A stretch of DNA of 60,000 bases from Mobula hypostoma (lineage: Eukaryota). The translations under genes and the position numbers were made by a program. Positions 12,405 through 25,322 of this stretch are shown here, piece after piece. Within the stretch, counting starts at the first letter, position 1. Each line of letters begins with the position of its first letter. A model generated the notes under the pieces. That model did not search any database. It saw nothing but the letters and a program-made list of their open reading frames with translations, and was not told the DNA's origin. The stretch is taken from positions 51,896,001 to 51,956,000 of the forward strand of contig NC_086108.1 in assembly GCF_963921235.1 (NCBI RefSeq). Reading direction: 5' to 3'.

Positions 12405-13430
12405 CAAAACATATGTCAGCTGTTTTTTTATCGATTACAGCTCGGCTTTCAACACCATTATCCCCTCACAGCTAATCAACAAGCTTCAAAAGCTGGGTCT
12501 CTGTACCTCCAGCAACTGCATTCTTGACTTCCTTATTGGGAGACCACAGTCTGTGCAGATCGGTAGTAACATCTCCTTGCTGACAATCGCCATAGGCAAC
12601 CTGAAGTATGTGCACTTTGCCGGCTGCTCTACTTGCTCTACGCCTGTGTGGCTAGACACAGCTCAAACAACATCTACCAATTCATTGATGGTACTACTCT
12701 TGTTGACAGAATTTTATGAGGTTATGAGGAGGTGTACGTGAGTGAGATAGATTGATTGGTTGAGTGGTATTGCAACAACAACCTGGCAATCAAGACCAAG
12801 GAATTGATTGTAGACTGAAGGGAGTGAAATCTGAGGAGCACACACTAGTCCTCATTGAGGGATCAGCAGTGGAATGGCTGAGAAGCTTCAAGTTCCTGGG
12901 TGTCATCATCTTAGGTGATCGACTGTATCCTGGGCCCAACACATTAATGTATTCATGAAGACTCTATTAGGAATTTGGGGAGATTTGGGGTGTCAACAAA
13001 AACTCTTGCATATTCATACAGTGGAGAGCACTTTGACTGGTTATATCACAGCCTGGTATGGAGTCTCCCATGCACAGCATCGCAAAAGACTGCAGAGGAT
13101 TATAGACTCAGCACAGTCTTCCCCACCTTTTGAAGACACTTTCAAGAAGGCACCATCCATCATTAAAGGCTCTCACTATCCAGGACATTCTCTCATCATG
13201 TTACTACCATAGGGAAGGAAGTACAGGAACCTGAAAACCCACATTCAATGTTTTAAGAAGAACTTCTTCTCTGCCAACAGATTCCTGAACCGTCCATGAA
13301 CACTACCTTGTTAATTGTCTCTTGCACTTTTTATTTATTGTAAAAAGGTAATTTTTATATCCTGCACTGTACTGCTGCTGCAAAACAATACAATTCACTG
13401 ACATATGCAAGGGTTAGTACACCTGATTCT
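12405..13430 (+). mobile_element. Rex1/Babar-like LINE, decayed RT and 3' part
   Basis: Reads [35 protein letters not shown], then FKFLGV and VESTLTGYITAWYG..RKRLQRI. Boundaries approximate. Confidence 0.75.
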
Positions 13431-13809
13431 GGTTTTGATATTCTTTCTACAAAAGTTACATATGCCCATAGGCAAGTGATTCTTGGTTTGTACTTGAGTT
13501 AACTAAATCTGAGTTGTGATGTAGTAAGGTTCTACGTTTGGATCTAAAGACTACTGAAATATTGAGGGTGGAATCTATTTTCTAAGTCCCATCCAATGAC
13601 TTGCTGGAAAATATTTATTTCGGGATAGCGAGTGAGGCCTAGAATAAGTAGTTCTCCGCTGTCAAAAAGCTTGATGTTTCTCAGCATCCAGATTCACAGT
13701 TAGCCAACTTGCTAGATAGTGGTTGGGAGATAGGTGATAAGTGTCCAATTTATTTCACCAACTCTAATGTCAGGTTAGCCCTTTAGGAAGGGAATGGTCT
13801 AAACAGGGA

Positions 13810-14085
13810 ATAGAACATAATAGTGTGTGCCTTTTGGACCATAGTGTTGTGCCAGCCTTTTAACCTAGTCCAAGATCATTCTAAGCCTTCCTTCATTTCT
13901 CTTTTATCCATTTGCTTATCTAAGAGTATCTTAAATGACTAATGTATACTGTATGCCTCTACCACCACCCCAGCAGCGATTTCCATGCACCCAGCGCTTT
14001 TAACCTACCTCTCACAACCCTCCTATACTTACTTCCAATCACCTTAAAATTATGACCTTTAGAATTAGTCATTGCTGTCCTCAGA
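13810..14085 (-). mobile_element. CR1 LINE 3' fragment, old
   Basis: ATAGAACATA tail and a minus-strand KGHNFKVIGSKYR..W motif typical of CR1 ORF2 ends. Confidence 0.55.
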
Positions 14086-15649
14086 AAACAGTGATTATTT
14101 TTTGTAAAATTGAACTTGTGCTGACTCAGTTTGCCAACATGCTTCAACATTTAATCCTCTACACATTCAGCATAATAAACCCATCTCACTGGCTGTTTTT
14201 GGAAAAATATTATTGTGCTCTTTCTCATTGTTTTGATTGAAGTGGTGGAACTAAATATGTCTCCTGAGTGTAACTTGTCTTTTAGAATTTAAAATAATTC
14301 CCTTGTATTATTGCTGCCAAATGCAGTACAGAATTATTGTTAATCTTCATATCTCTCTAACATAACTTCTGTGTGATGTCACAACAGCCGTGCACTCAAC
14401 ATGCGACATTAATGATAATAAAGCTGATTCTCTATTCTGTATTATGTTCAGTGAAATATTTTGACCCTGAAGATTATATGACGTTGCTTATGCCACCAAA
14501 GTTAGTACACACTGAGAAACACCTTGCAATTGCTCTCTTTTGTTCTTCAACCACTGTTATGGTAAAGGGAAATATCCAAGATGCTGGAAAGTTTGTGCCT
14601 AATTGTAATGGATGACTAAACCTTGCCCATTTGACGTGTTGAATGATGCATGCACAGTTCTTCCTCTAACCTCATTATGAGGTCTTTACAATCTAGTGAA
14701 TAACAACCACATTGTTGGAGGTCTGGTGTATGTTTAGGGGTAATGGCTGTGTGAGTATGTGGCATCATTTGAAGAACTGATTCAAGCCGTTCCAGTATCT
14801 ATTAAAGGAGGTGCTTGGTGCCTGATGTGGGTCATGAAAAGTCTTGTGAGATTACTGGAGGCCATGGAAGATCACATTGAGAAGTGGGGATGCAGATTTA
14901 AAAATTATCCTGAGGGAATTATTTTCAGTGTTATGGTGTATATAACTATAATGGCTTAGAAACATAGTCATGGAATTGAGAAGATAACATACTGTACAAA
15001 GTTATGCCACGAGTGCTGTCCCAAATGTGGGACAACTTGCAAAAAAATGTATTGGTTTCCCATTTGTCATCTAAGTCAGTGAATATTTACGTCACACTTT
15101 TCAGTAACAACTTCTTTGCAGTCCCACAGGATCAAAGATGATTTGTTTCACTATTGTGTGGGTGTTCTGGCTTGGCTAATGACATCATTGTGAGAACCCA
15201 TAGACTCTTCTACAGACGGAGCAGGAGTTACCTGAACAGATGGATCAGGTAGTCTTTGTGAAAGATGTTATGCTCTTTTTTGGCCACTGACGCAGGCCTT
15301 AATATGTTCCTGATACATGGACTTGAAATTCTCAATACCAACCTGAGAATGCGATCTCTACCATGAGCAGCCATGGGAGCCAATGACGATTGTGAATTTC
15401 TCTGAGGGAGCATTGAATATATCCTTGAATCCTTTCCACCTTCCACCTGGAACCTGACAGCTCAGAGGAGTGGGTCTGGTTTGGGAGTCTGGTGTCAAGC
15501 ATCTGTTCAGTGTGGTCTGCCCAAAGTAGACAACTAAGTGTAAGCCATGCCTCAGTCCTGCGGGTGCTGGCCAAGGAGATTTACTCATCCTTCCATTGAG
15601 CTTAAAGAATCTTGGCTGGAGCATGTTTCAGTATCTATCAACAATCTAG

Positions 15650-15930
15650 CAATTAAGAAAGGAAAAAGCAGTTAATGTTTTGGGGCGACATCCTTCATCA
15701 AGACTGGAAAGGAAGGGGGAAGAATCCAGAATAAGAAGGTGGGGAGTGGAATGAGTACAAGCTGGCAGGTGACAAGTGAGACTGGATGAATAAAGATGGG
15801 TCAGTGGGGGAGGGCAATGAAGTAAGTAACTAGAAGGTGATGGGTGGAAGAGCTCAAGGGTTAAAGAAGAAGGAATCTGACAGGAGAGGATAGTGGACCA
15901 TAGGAGAAAGAGAAGGAGGAAGGGCACTAG
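15650..15930 (-). mobile_element. Penelope-like 3' end remnant with decayed hammerhead
   Basis: Minus strand CCAGTCTTGATGAAGG..AAAACATTAACTG next to a purine-rich block similar to those at 24030 and 29960. Confidence 0.6.
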
Positions 15931-16803
15931 AATGAGCTGATGCTTCAGTCCTTCAGAGAATAAAAGATGAGGAGTGAAGGCGAGTGTCCAGGTACATGCT
16001 AATGGAGCCATGTCTTCTGCTTTGCCTTTAAAGCCAAAGGGTCTCTTTCTCTTGCAGAGCCTTTAAACGCAAAGGCCCTGTATACTCTTCACTGTCATTA
16101 AACTTTGGGTCTGACAATGTCCCTTTTCCCTGGGTTGAAGGAGATATGAGGCTACCCTGCAGATTTCATCTGCTGCAAGAAAATTCAAGCATAATCTTAA
16201 TAAGTCAGTGCTGTTTTTGGAAGAATAATGGATGAATGGATAAAACAGGTATAGAAGCATTCTTGAGTCATTGAAATTCGCTGTGCAACCAGCCAAGTGT
16301 AAGAGTAGGTGAAAGAGATTTTGGATAAAACTGGCCCTTGCCTGTTGTTCAGCTTATGCAGATGTCCATAATTGGTCTTGTGGCTCTGTGGTTTCCCCAT
16401 CTCCTGCCATGGTAGCAATTGTGTCAGTTTCACAAAGTGGAGAGATCCTGTGAGAGGAAGCTTGGCCACAGTGGTGGAACTAATATTTGTTGAGAGACAA
16501 CACATATTCTGAAAGGCTTTTGCCACACTTCAATTTGACATCTGGAAGAAAGTAAAGTGCTTTTTAAAAAATCATTTAGATAGAATGTCACATGCCAATA
16601 GTGTTTATGTGGGCCAATTGGCGAGATCCTATGCAATTACTAAGTCAAGTCATAGCTGATATCCTCCATCCACTGAAGAATTTTGAAGAGAATCAACAGA
16701 ATCAAAGATATTCACAAGATAGGACTTTTCCAATGTCTGTGCTCAATTGGAAATCATCAAAATAATCAGCAGCACCTGGTTATCAGAAAGAGCTCTAGTC
16801 ATA

Positions 16804-17270
16804 CACTCAGTGGCCACTTTATTAGGTGCACCTGCTCTTTAATGCAGATATCTAATCAGCCAATCATGTAGCAGCAACTCAATGCAGAAATGCATGCAGA
16901 TGGGGTCAAGAGGTTCAGTTGATGGTCGGATCAGATGTGAGAATGGGAATGATTGTTGGTGTCAGACAGGGTGGTTTGAGTATTTTAGAAACTACTGATC
17001 TGAGATTTCCACACACAACATTTTCTAGAGTTTACAGAGAATCATACGAAAAAACAAAATAAAACAGCCAGAGAGTGGCAGTTCTGTGGGTTAGAACACC
17101 TTGTTAATGCAGGAGGTCAGAGGAGAATGGCCAGACTGGTCCAAGTTGCCAGGAATGTGACAGTAACTCAGATAAACATGCATTACAAAAGTAGTGTGTA
17201 GAAGAGCATCTCTGAAGGCACGACATGTTGAATCTTGAAGTTTATGGACTACAGCAACAAAAGACCACAA
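16804..17270 (+). mobile_element. Short Tc1-derived element (third Tc1 family)
   Basis: Starts TA|CACTCAGTGGCCACTTTATTAGG and matches the inverted copy at 26350-26692. Confidence 0.7.
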
Positions 17271-17289
17271 ACACCCCGAAATACAAAAT

Positions 17290-17560
17290 TAGGGGATTAT
17301 ATAAGGTAGGTAGTTGAAAACTTTTCCCTGTAACAGCTAGAGGGCAGAAGTTTAGTGCAAGGAGTAAGAGGTTCAGAAGGGATCTGAAAAAAGTTTTTCA
17401 CTAATAGGATGGTTGCAATATGGAATGTACTGCCGTATTGGTATACTCTGAAGTTTAATGAATAACTAGACGAGCAGAAGAAAGGACTGAGGTATTTGAG
17501 GTAGGTATTTGATGGTCCAAAGGCCTGTTTCTGTGCTGTACAAGCCTATGATTCTATAGC
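17290..17560 (+). mobile_element. CR1 LINE 3' end, old
   Basis: Ends GGCCTGTTTCTGTGCTGTA..CTATGATTCTAT, the shark/ray CR1-type tail. Confidence 0.55.
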
Positions 17561-18399
17561 TCTATGAGTGTTTGTGGAGACATTACAATTTCCAGTCAAT
17601 GTTTCATTCTTTGCTGAAAGAAATTGATTTTAAACTAGACTTCATTAGTCCCACAATAAGCTGCAACACATTCATTCTGCATGGCTGTTTGAGCAAGTGT
17701 GAGATTGAAATGGTGACCATATTTGTTCTCATTACCATTCCATTGAGGGAGTGCCATCACCACAAGAGCTGCAACAGTTTAGGAAGGACCACCATCTGCT
17801 TAGGGTAGGGGTTTGGCATTAAATGTAGATTTCCAGGGGTCACTTGCTTCCTATGAAAAATTTAAAAAATGTTACTCTGCACCAGTTACCTCATTGCATG
17901 ACCATTTCACTCACTCAACCGTTCACCCATCATGAACTGCTCCAGTTCACTCCTCCTTAATTCACATCAGGTTTGAGTCAGGCTTTATTTGTAGCCATGA
18001 TTCCATTACTAACAATCTGCAGGATTTAAGACTTTTTAATTTGCTGTTTCTAGTTGTAATTAATTGAAAGCAGCATTCTGATGTTGTTTTAAACCATAAG
18101 AACAAATCCCAAATGGTTTACTAATCTCTTCTGGGCACAAAGTTTAAACTACAAATTTTTACATCTTTCCAGTAGTACTTTACTCTGCATAATATACCAC
18201 ATACACTGCAGCTTTCAGGTTGATTCTTTAAATGCTTTATTCTTGATTTCCCCAATGGGTAGCAGAACAATGCAGTAATTTAATTGTAATGACCAAGAAA
18301 GCCTATGTTCACTTCTGGTCCATGCTGGGTTAGGTGATTTGACTTTGGGGGGAATTTTTAACTTCACTAAAATGAGAAGAGTAAAAGTAACCAGAGTTT

Positions 18400-19330
18400 A
18401 AAAAGAGCTGGGAGCAGGTGTAAACCATTCAGCCCCCTGAGCCTTCTCTGCCATTCATAAAGAAAATGACTAATATGTCTTACTTCAGTGCTATTTTTCC
18501 TCATAACATTTGATTTTGTTAATATCCAAAAATCTATTGACCTCCATTCTGAAGGAACTCAAAGACTAATCATTCCAGAGCCCTCTAGGGCAGAGAATTC
18601 GAAGATTGACCACCAAATGAGTGAAGAAGCTTCTATTCCTGTCAGTCCTACATGGTTTATCCCTGGTTATTGATCACTTAGCTCGGGAAATATCCTCGCC
18701 ATATCCAATATTGATCACTTAGCTCGGGAAATATCCTCGCCATATCCAACATTGAGTCTTCTAAAATATTATTTTTAATGAGATCATTTCTCATTCTTCT
18801 GAAGAAAATGAGATAATACATGCCTAATATGCTAATTCTTTCCTCATAAGGCCACTCCATGAATCTTTTCAGTGAAACTTCACTGCACTCTCTCAATGGC
18901 AAATATTCCTCTGTTTTTAGGTACGGAGCTATAAACTGTACAATATACATTCAGTGCAATTTCACCAAGGCCCTATATAATTTTAACAAATTTGCTTGAA
19001 TTCTGTAGTCAAATTCCCACACAGTATATGCCAACATGCCTTTCTACTTGCTTGCAGCACCTGCATATTGGCTTTCAGTGGCTCAAGTACAAAGGCACCC
19101 AGGTCCATTTGAACATCAATGTTCTCAGTCTAATGCTGTTTAAATAATACTCTGCTGTTCTCCTGTGTATCTGAGTGGGTAACCCTACAGTTTTCTGTTT
19201 TTCTACTTGGTATCTTCTTGTCCGGTCATTTAGCTAGTTTGTAGGGCATTGAAGCCCTTTCACATCCTAGTCACTGTTCATAATCCCACCTAGTATTATA
19301 TCGTCAGAATAATGGCAAATATAGCTTTTG
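18400..19330 (-). mobile_element. CR1 LINE 3' fragment, old
   Basis: Minus-strand YIVQFIAPYL..YEERISILG..RRMRNDLI resembles the CR1 ORF2 C-terminus. Boundaries approximate. Confidence 0.6.
18668..18749. repeat. Perfect 41-bp tandem duplication
   Basis: TATTGATCACTTAGCTCGGGAAATATCCTCGCCATATCCAA occurs twice, at 18668 and 18709. Confidence 0.95.
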
Positions 19331-19507
19331 GTCCACTCAGCTACAGTAACTACAGTTCTTAAATAGCTGGACCCAAGTATCAATACCCATCGTACCCCAT
19401 CGTCAAAGTCTGCTGGTCTCCAGGTTATGGTTTGCTGATTTCTTCTAGAATACAAGCATCCAGTGAAGTCTTTTTGTGTCAGGATTGGGATTGGTCTTGA
19501 TGATATG

Positions 19508-19745
19508 TGTTGTATATTTAATGCTTCAGTAATATTCGAGTAACATTGTAAATATATTTGATTAAGCATTCTTTGTTTACATAATTCATTACGGGTTGTA
19601 TGTAAAAGTGCATGAATGCCATTCGTCATTATGCTACTATGACATAAGTGCGTGCCTCACTAAAGCAAAAACAAAGCATACATGAGGTGTTTTTCTTTCA
19701 ATTAGTTTTGTGGGGAGTTTCAAAACATAACAGTGGTGACAAGTA
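19508..19745 (+). mobile_element. Gypsy 5' LTR (19508-19732) with PBS-like TGGTGACAAG
   Basis: TGTTG...TAACA termini; colinear similarity to the minus-strand LTR at 55093-55320. Confidence 0.7.
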
Positions 19746-19904
19746 AGTTTTAAAACAAACCTGAGACAACTTCCTATCTTTGAAGCATAGATTACTTGTA
19801 TTGCCATTTAAGAGTGAATCTGGGTGCACTAGGGAAAGCCTGGTAGGAACACTTTGCAAGATTATGGAAGGGACTTTATTAATCAATATTGGTTATTGTT
19901 AGCA

Positions 19905-20650
19905 ACCAGCTTGCATTTTGGGAAGTTAAACCAGGGCAAGATATACAGAGTTAAATGTCAGAGCCTTAGAGAGTATTGTAGAAAAGGGAGACGAAAGGGT
20001 GCAAGTACATAGTTCCTTGAATATGACAACACAGGTAGACATGGTGAGAGACCTTTCCACAGTTGCCTTCATCAGTTAAGATATTGTGTTTGAAGAGTTT
20101 GGATATAATGTTATAGCCATATAGGACGTTGGTGAGACTTGGAGTATTGTGTGCAGTTATGGTCACCTAGCTACGATGCTATGATTGATGTCATTGAAGT
20201 GCATAGAGTGCAGTAAAGTATAGCACCAGAACTGGAGTGCTTGAATTACAAGGAGAGACTGGATAGGCTGAGACAATTTTTTTCCCCTGGAGCAGAGGGA
20301 CCTAAAGGTTGACCTTATAAAGGTAAAAAAATCATGAGGGGCATGGATAAGTGGATGATCAGTTTTCCTAAGGTAAGGGAGTATAAAGCTAGATGACATA
20401 GGTTGAAGATGAAAGGAGAAAGACTGAAAGGGGACTTGAGCATATGAAATGTGCTGCCAGAAGAGATGGTAGAGATGGGCATAATTACAACATTTAAAAG
20501 ACATTTAGACAGATGCATGGATAGGAAATGTTTAGAAGGACATGGGCCAAACTAGGAGAGTTGGACTAGCTCAGGTAGGCAACTTGGTTGGCATGGACAG
20601 ATTGGGTCAAAGGGCCTATTTCAGTGCTGCATAATTCTATAAATCTATTA
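19905..20650 (+). mobile_element. CR1 LINE 3' part
   Basis: GGAGTATTGTGTGCAGTTATGGTCACC (EYCVQxWSP motif) and a 3' tail GGGCCTATTTCAGTGCTG..TTCTAT. Confidence 0.75.
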
Positions 20651-21467
20651 AAGTATACAAAGAATCCTTTGTATATTAAAGTATACAAGAATCCCTTGCA
20701 GATTAATCCCTTGTATATTAAAGTATACAAGAATCCCATGTAGATTAAGGTATACAAGAATCCCTTGTAATTACTCCCTTGTAGATTAAAGTATACAAAA
20801 ATCCCATGTAGATTAAAGTATACAAGAATCCCTTGTAATTAATCCCTTGTATATTAAAGTATATAAGAATCCCTTGCAGATTAATCCCTTGTATATTAAA
20901 GTATACAAGAATCCCTTGCAGATTAATCCCTTGTATATTAAAGTATACAAGAATCCCATGTAGATTAAAGTATACAAGAATCCCTTGTAATTAATCCCTT
21001 GCAGATTAAAGTATACAAGAATCCCTTGCAGATTAATCCCTTGTATATTAAAGTATACAAGAATCCCATGTAGATTAAAGTATACAAGAATCCCTTGTAA
21101 TTAATCCCTTGCAGATTAAAGTATACAAGAATCCCTTGCAGATTAATCCCCTGTATATTAAAGTATACAAGAATCCCATGTAGATTAAAGTATACAAGAA
21201 TCCCTTGTAATTAATCCCTTGTATATTAAAGTATACAAGAATCCCTTGCAGATTAATCCCTTGTATATTAAAGTATACAAGAATCCCTTGCAGATTAATC
21301 CCTTGTATATTAAAGTATACAAGAATCCCATGTAGATTAAAGTATACAAGAATCCCTTGTAATTAATCCCTTGTAGATTAAAGTATACAAGAATCCCTTG
21401 CAGATTAATCCCTTGTATATTAAAGTATACAAGAATCCCTTGCAGGTTAATCCCTTGTATATTAAAG

Positions 21468-22648
21468 CAGGGGTCCCCAACCTTTTTTGCACTGTGGACC
21501 GGTTTAATATTGACAATATTCTTGCAGACCGGCCGACCCGGGGGGGGGGGGTAGGATTGCCAATGGACAAGAGTAGCAGTCAAATACGTTGTTTACCCAG
21601 AGGAAGACTACAATGACCATGAAGCCTTGTGCGGGTGCCAGTGCACATGCGTGACCTGCGCATGCATGTACCTGCCGATTTTTTTTTTCTTCTTCTGCAA
21701 ATCATTCTTGGCGATTCTGTTCGGAGGGGGGTGTTAATCACGACTGGAATATAGGCGATAAGTGGCTAATACACTCAATTTTGTTTCTAAAAGGGTTTAT
21801 CTAACAAATTTAATATTAAACACAGCACACATTTTCCTCGCATGAATATAGTGATAAGTCACTTATCAGGGGAGCTTGAAGTAAGTGTTGAACGAACTTC
21901 CAGTAGAAGTGGTAGAGGCAGGTTCGATATTATCATTTAAAGAAAAATTGGATAGGTATATAGACAGGAAAGGAATGGAGGGTTATGGGCCGAGTAGGTG
22001 AGAGTAGCGTTCAGCACGGACCAGAAGGGCCGAGATGGTCTGTTTCCGTGCTGTAATTGTTATATGGTTATAAAGTAAATCGATAGCATCATAACATTTT
22101 AAGTAACGTTTGGATATTAAACACACAGCACATATTTTCCTCGTATGAACATGTAAAATCATTGCAACACACCAATATCGCTGTTATCAGTGGGAGCCCT
22201 GGGCTTGTTTCCCTGCAACGAGATGGTCCTATCGAGGAGTGATGGGAGACAGCGATACTCGAATGGGGTTCCTTATGGCCAGTCTATTCTGCAATTTAGT
22301 TTTCGTTGCATTCATTGCAGAAAACTCCGCTTTGCAGAAAAATGTTGGAAATGGAAGCAATGTTTTCAGTGCTTTCGTGGCTATCTCAGGATATTTAGTC
22401 TTGAGTTTGATCCAGAATACCGGCAGAGATGTTATGTCAAACATACTTTTCAGCCCGCCATCATTTGCAAGTTTAAGGAGTTGATCTCCTTCCCACGCTG
22501 ACATGGATGACGCGCCGGTAATGACTTCGCATGCGTAATGGCACGACAGGGAATGAGGAAAGGTGCAGCTGACTCATATTGCCAAATCATATTGTTTCCT
22601 CGCAGCCTGGTAGCTCATGCTTTGCGGCCCGGTGGTTGGGGACCGCTG
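21468..22648 (-). mobile_element. Non-autonomous hAT Charlie-like element E2
   Basis: TIRs CAGGGGTCCCCAACC / GGTTGGGGACCGCTG; perfect TSD TATTAAAG (21460-21467, 22649-22656). Minus-strand ORF 22229-22504 is a hAT dimerisation domain (FWIK..YPEIATKALKTLLPFPT..C..FSAM). Confidence 0.93.
21875..22075 (+). mobile_element. CR1 3' end carried inside E2
   Basis: AACGAACTTCCAGTAGAAGTGGTAGAGGCAGG..TTTAAAGAAAAATTGGATAGGTAT..CTGTTTCCGTGCTGTA, a CR1 terminal pattern. Confidence 0.7.
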
Positions 22649-22969
22649 TATTAAAGTATACAAGAATCTCTTGCAGGTTAATCCCTTGTATATCAAAGTA
22701 TACAAGAATCCCTTGCAGATTAATCCCTTGTATATTAAAGTATACAAGAATCCCTTACAGAAGATGGCTCTGTTCAAACCTGCAGTTCACCTGCCATTCT
22801 TTCAAACATTAACTTCTCCCTTTATCCATCAGATTCTCTTTATATCAAGTGTTTCCAACCTGGGGTCCATTGACTTCTTGCTTAATGGTATTGCTCCATG
22901 GCATAAAAAAGGTTAGGACCCCTGTTTTAAGTGAATTCTATTTGAGTAAGATAAATGATAGAAGCAAAG

Positions 22970-23830
22970 ATAATAGGAAATAGGAGCAGGAGTAGGCCAT
23001 TGGGGCCTGTCCATTTATCATGGCGGAATATTCATTTTAGTCCCGTTTTCTCTTATTTTGCATATCCCTTGATTTATTTTATACCTACCTCCCTTTATGA
23101 GTGTATTTTATGACAGCTTTTACTGCTTTCTGCAGAAGAGAATTCCACCAGTTCACCAACTTCAGAATGAAAAAATGTCTCATGATTTTGCTTCTAAATA
23201 GCATACTCCATACCTAGAGGCTATGACTCCTGGTTCTGAACACCTAGCCATCTGAAACATTCTCCCTTCATCTGTTCTTCCTTGTTCTGTTAAAACTTAG
23301 TAGAATTCAGTGAGAGCCCCTCCCATTTGTCTCTACTCCAGTGAGTATAGGCCAAATCGAAATAATCTCTGCTTGTATGCAGTTCCTTACGTTCCCAGGA
23401 ATCAATCTAATAAATTGCTATTGATCTGCTTTCCTCAGATATCAAGACCAAAACAGCATATATAATTCTATTTAGGGTCACATCAATGCCATGCACAGCT
23501 GCATCAAGGCATTCTTGCTCCTATACTCAATCCTCTTGCAATGAAAGCCAAGACCTTTCTTAACTGCTTTCTGAACCTGAATGTTTACTTTCACATTCAC
23601 TGATTCTCCCTTGTCAATTCAACTATTGCGTCTTCCAATAGTTTTGTAAAATATAATTTTTCTTTCATCTACCCACCCTGGATTTATCCAATCCTGTTAA
23701 TGCTTTCAAGTGTCCTGCTAGTGTATATTTATAATGGACTACACTATTTCCCACTACCAATGGTAAGCAAACTGGTCTATAATTCTCTGTTTTTCCCTTT
23801 CTTTTAAGTAGTCAGATTACATTTGTCACT
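22970..23830 (-). mobile_element. CR1 LINE 3' fragment, old
   Basis: AATAGGAGCAGGAGTAGGCCAT start and AGAGAATTCCA.. pattern of reverse-oriented CR1 ends. Confidence 0.55.
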
Positions 23831-23959
23831 TCCCCATTTGTGGGAATCAGTAGAAAATAACCTGCAATTTTCTGCTGCTCGCCTCCAGAGTTTAGGATTA
23901 GAAACTTAGGTATGATTTCTTAACTATGTACTCTTACTTGTGGAGGAAATCAGACAGCA

Positions 23960-24260
23960 AATCCCAACACAAACAAAATGCTGGAGGAACTCAATGGGTC
24001 ATGTAGGATTGATGGAAAAGAGTAAACAGATGAAGTTTCTGGCCAAGACCCTTCAACAGGACTGGAAAGAAAGGGGAGAAGTCAGTGTAAAGAAGTTGGG
24101 GAGGGGGGTGGAGGAAGTACAAGGTGGTAGATAGGTGAAACTTGTGGGGTGAAGTAAAGAGCTGGGAAGCTGATTACTGAAAGATAAAGGTTCTGGAGAA
24201 GGGGGAATCTAATAGGAAAGGACAGAAGACGATGGAACAAAGGGAAAGGGGAGGAGCAAA
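23960..24260 (-). mobile_element. Penelope-like 3' end remnant
   Basis: AATGCTGGAGGAACTCA..GGCCAAGACCCTTCAACAGGACTGG is a decayed hammerhead region followed by the purine-rich block. Confidence 0.65.
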
Positions 24261-25049
24261 TTCAAAACTCCAACTGTAAAGAGCTAAACAATGAAGTTGA
24301 GTAGCCACAGCCAGATCTGCTTGGTATCTGTGCCTCAGCCATAAGACACCTTGTAGATGTGAAGTTGAGAAATATAACCATTAAACTTGCCAGAAAAGGT
24401 GAATGAAAGTCTCTTGCTGTATAAGTGAAATTTACAGCATGATGAATAATTTCTACTAAACCTCCCAGGCACTTAAAATTTGTGATATAGGTATAAAACA
24501 TCACACTTTAGATTTTAAGTACATCTTGTTGAAAATATTAATTTATTTTCTCAAACTTTATTTTTAATATTTCTTGTAATCTTCCAGTTTTTTTCTTTCC
24601 TCTTTTTATGTGAAATGCTGTATATAATTTTATAGAAATATTTTAACACAGTTCCTGTTTTTAGGCTCAGCATCCCAGTAAGGACATGCTGCTGAATTCT
24701 GCTCCCATAGTCCAGGATGCCTTTTAAAGCTCCCACTCAGAATTATATTTCTAATAATCTGAGGTTCCTGTCATCGTATGCCCACAGAGTTTTGAAATAT
24801 TTGGATAGTGTGCTACAATTCTTGAGTGTTGTTTGTTTACTAGGCACCACAAAAGCCACCTTCAGTTCCATAATTTGACATGATATGTCCTAAATACCAG
24901 AAGGTTACTAACCAAAATTGTACTATGCATGACATGGTTTGTTGTTAGAATAATTGACTTGAATACAATGAAACCTTCTTGATGCTGCTAAGTCACAAGT
25001 TTTTGATCCAGATCTTAATCACTTTGTGAAATAGGAATAAACTCAATAT

Positions 25050-25322
25050 TTACAATACAGTGTGGAGTAGGCTCTTCCAGCTATGCCGGCCCAGCAACCC
25101 CACAACCCGGATTAACCCTAATCATGGGACAATTTACAATGACCAGTTAACCTACCTGGTACATCTTCAGACTGTGGGAGGAAAGCGGAGCACTCGGGGA
25201 AAACCCACACATTCTACGAGGAGGACATACAGTGGCTCTGTACAGAATGGCACCAAAATTGAACTCCAGAATTCCCCGAACTGTAATAGTGTCATGCTAA
25301 CCAGTATGCTACCATGGTGCCC
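25050..25322 (-). mobile_element. V-SINE (HE1-like), near complete
   Basis: Minus strand has a tRNA-like head (TAGCATACTGG A-box, GGAGTTCAATT B-box) and the V domain GTGGGTTTCCCCCGAGTGCTCCGCTTTCCTCCCACAGTC. Confidence 0.78.

Larger units (their letters stand above)
20648..22760. repeat. Minisatellite of 27/41/42-bp units with higher-order structure, interrupted by hAT element E2
   Basis: Core ATTAAAGTATACAAGAATCCCTTG(C/T)A plus an optional ATTAATCCCTTGTAT. The array spans 20648-21467 and resumes at 22649-22760. Confidence 0.95.

Noticed and set aside
14680..16420. Possible RTE-like LINE remnants (also ~33960-34220, 37223-37420, 59170-59520)
   Set aside because: Too degenerate to assign a family or boundaries without alignment.
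20648..22760. CRISPR-like array (short partly palindromic repeats)
   Set aside because: There are no unique spacers or cas genes, and the context is eukaryotic; it is a tandem minisatellite. The repetitive ORFs (KGFLYTLIY..) are by-products.
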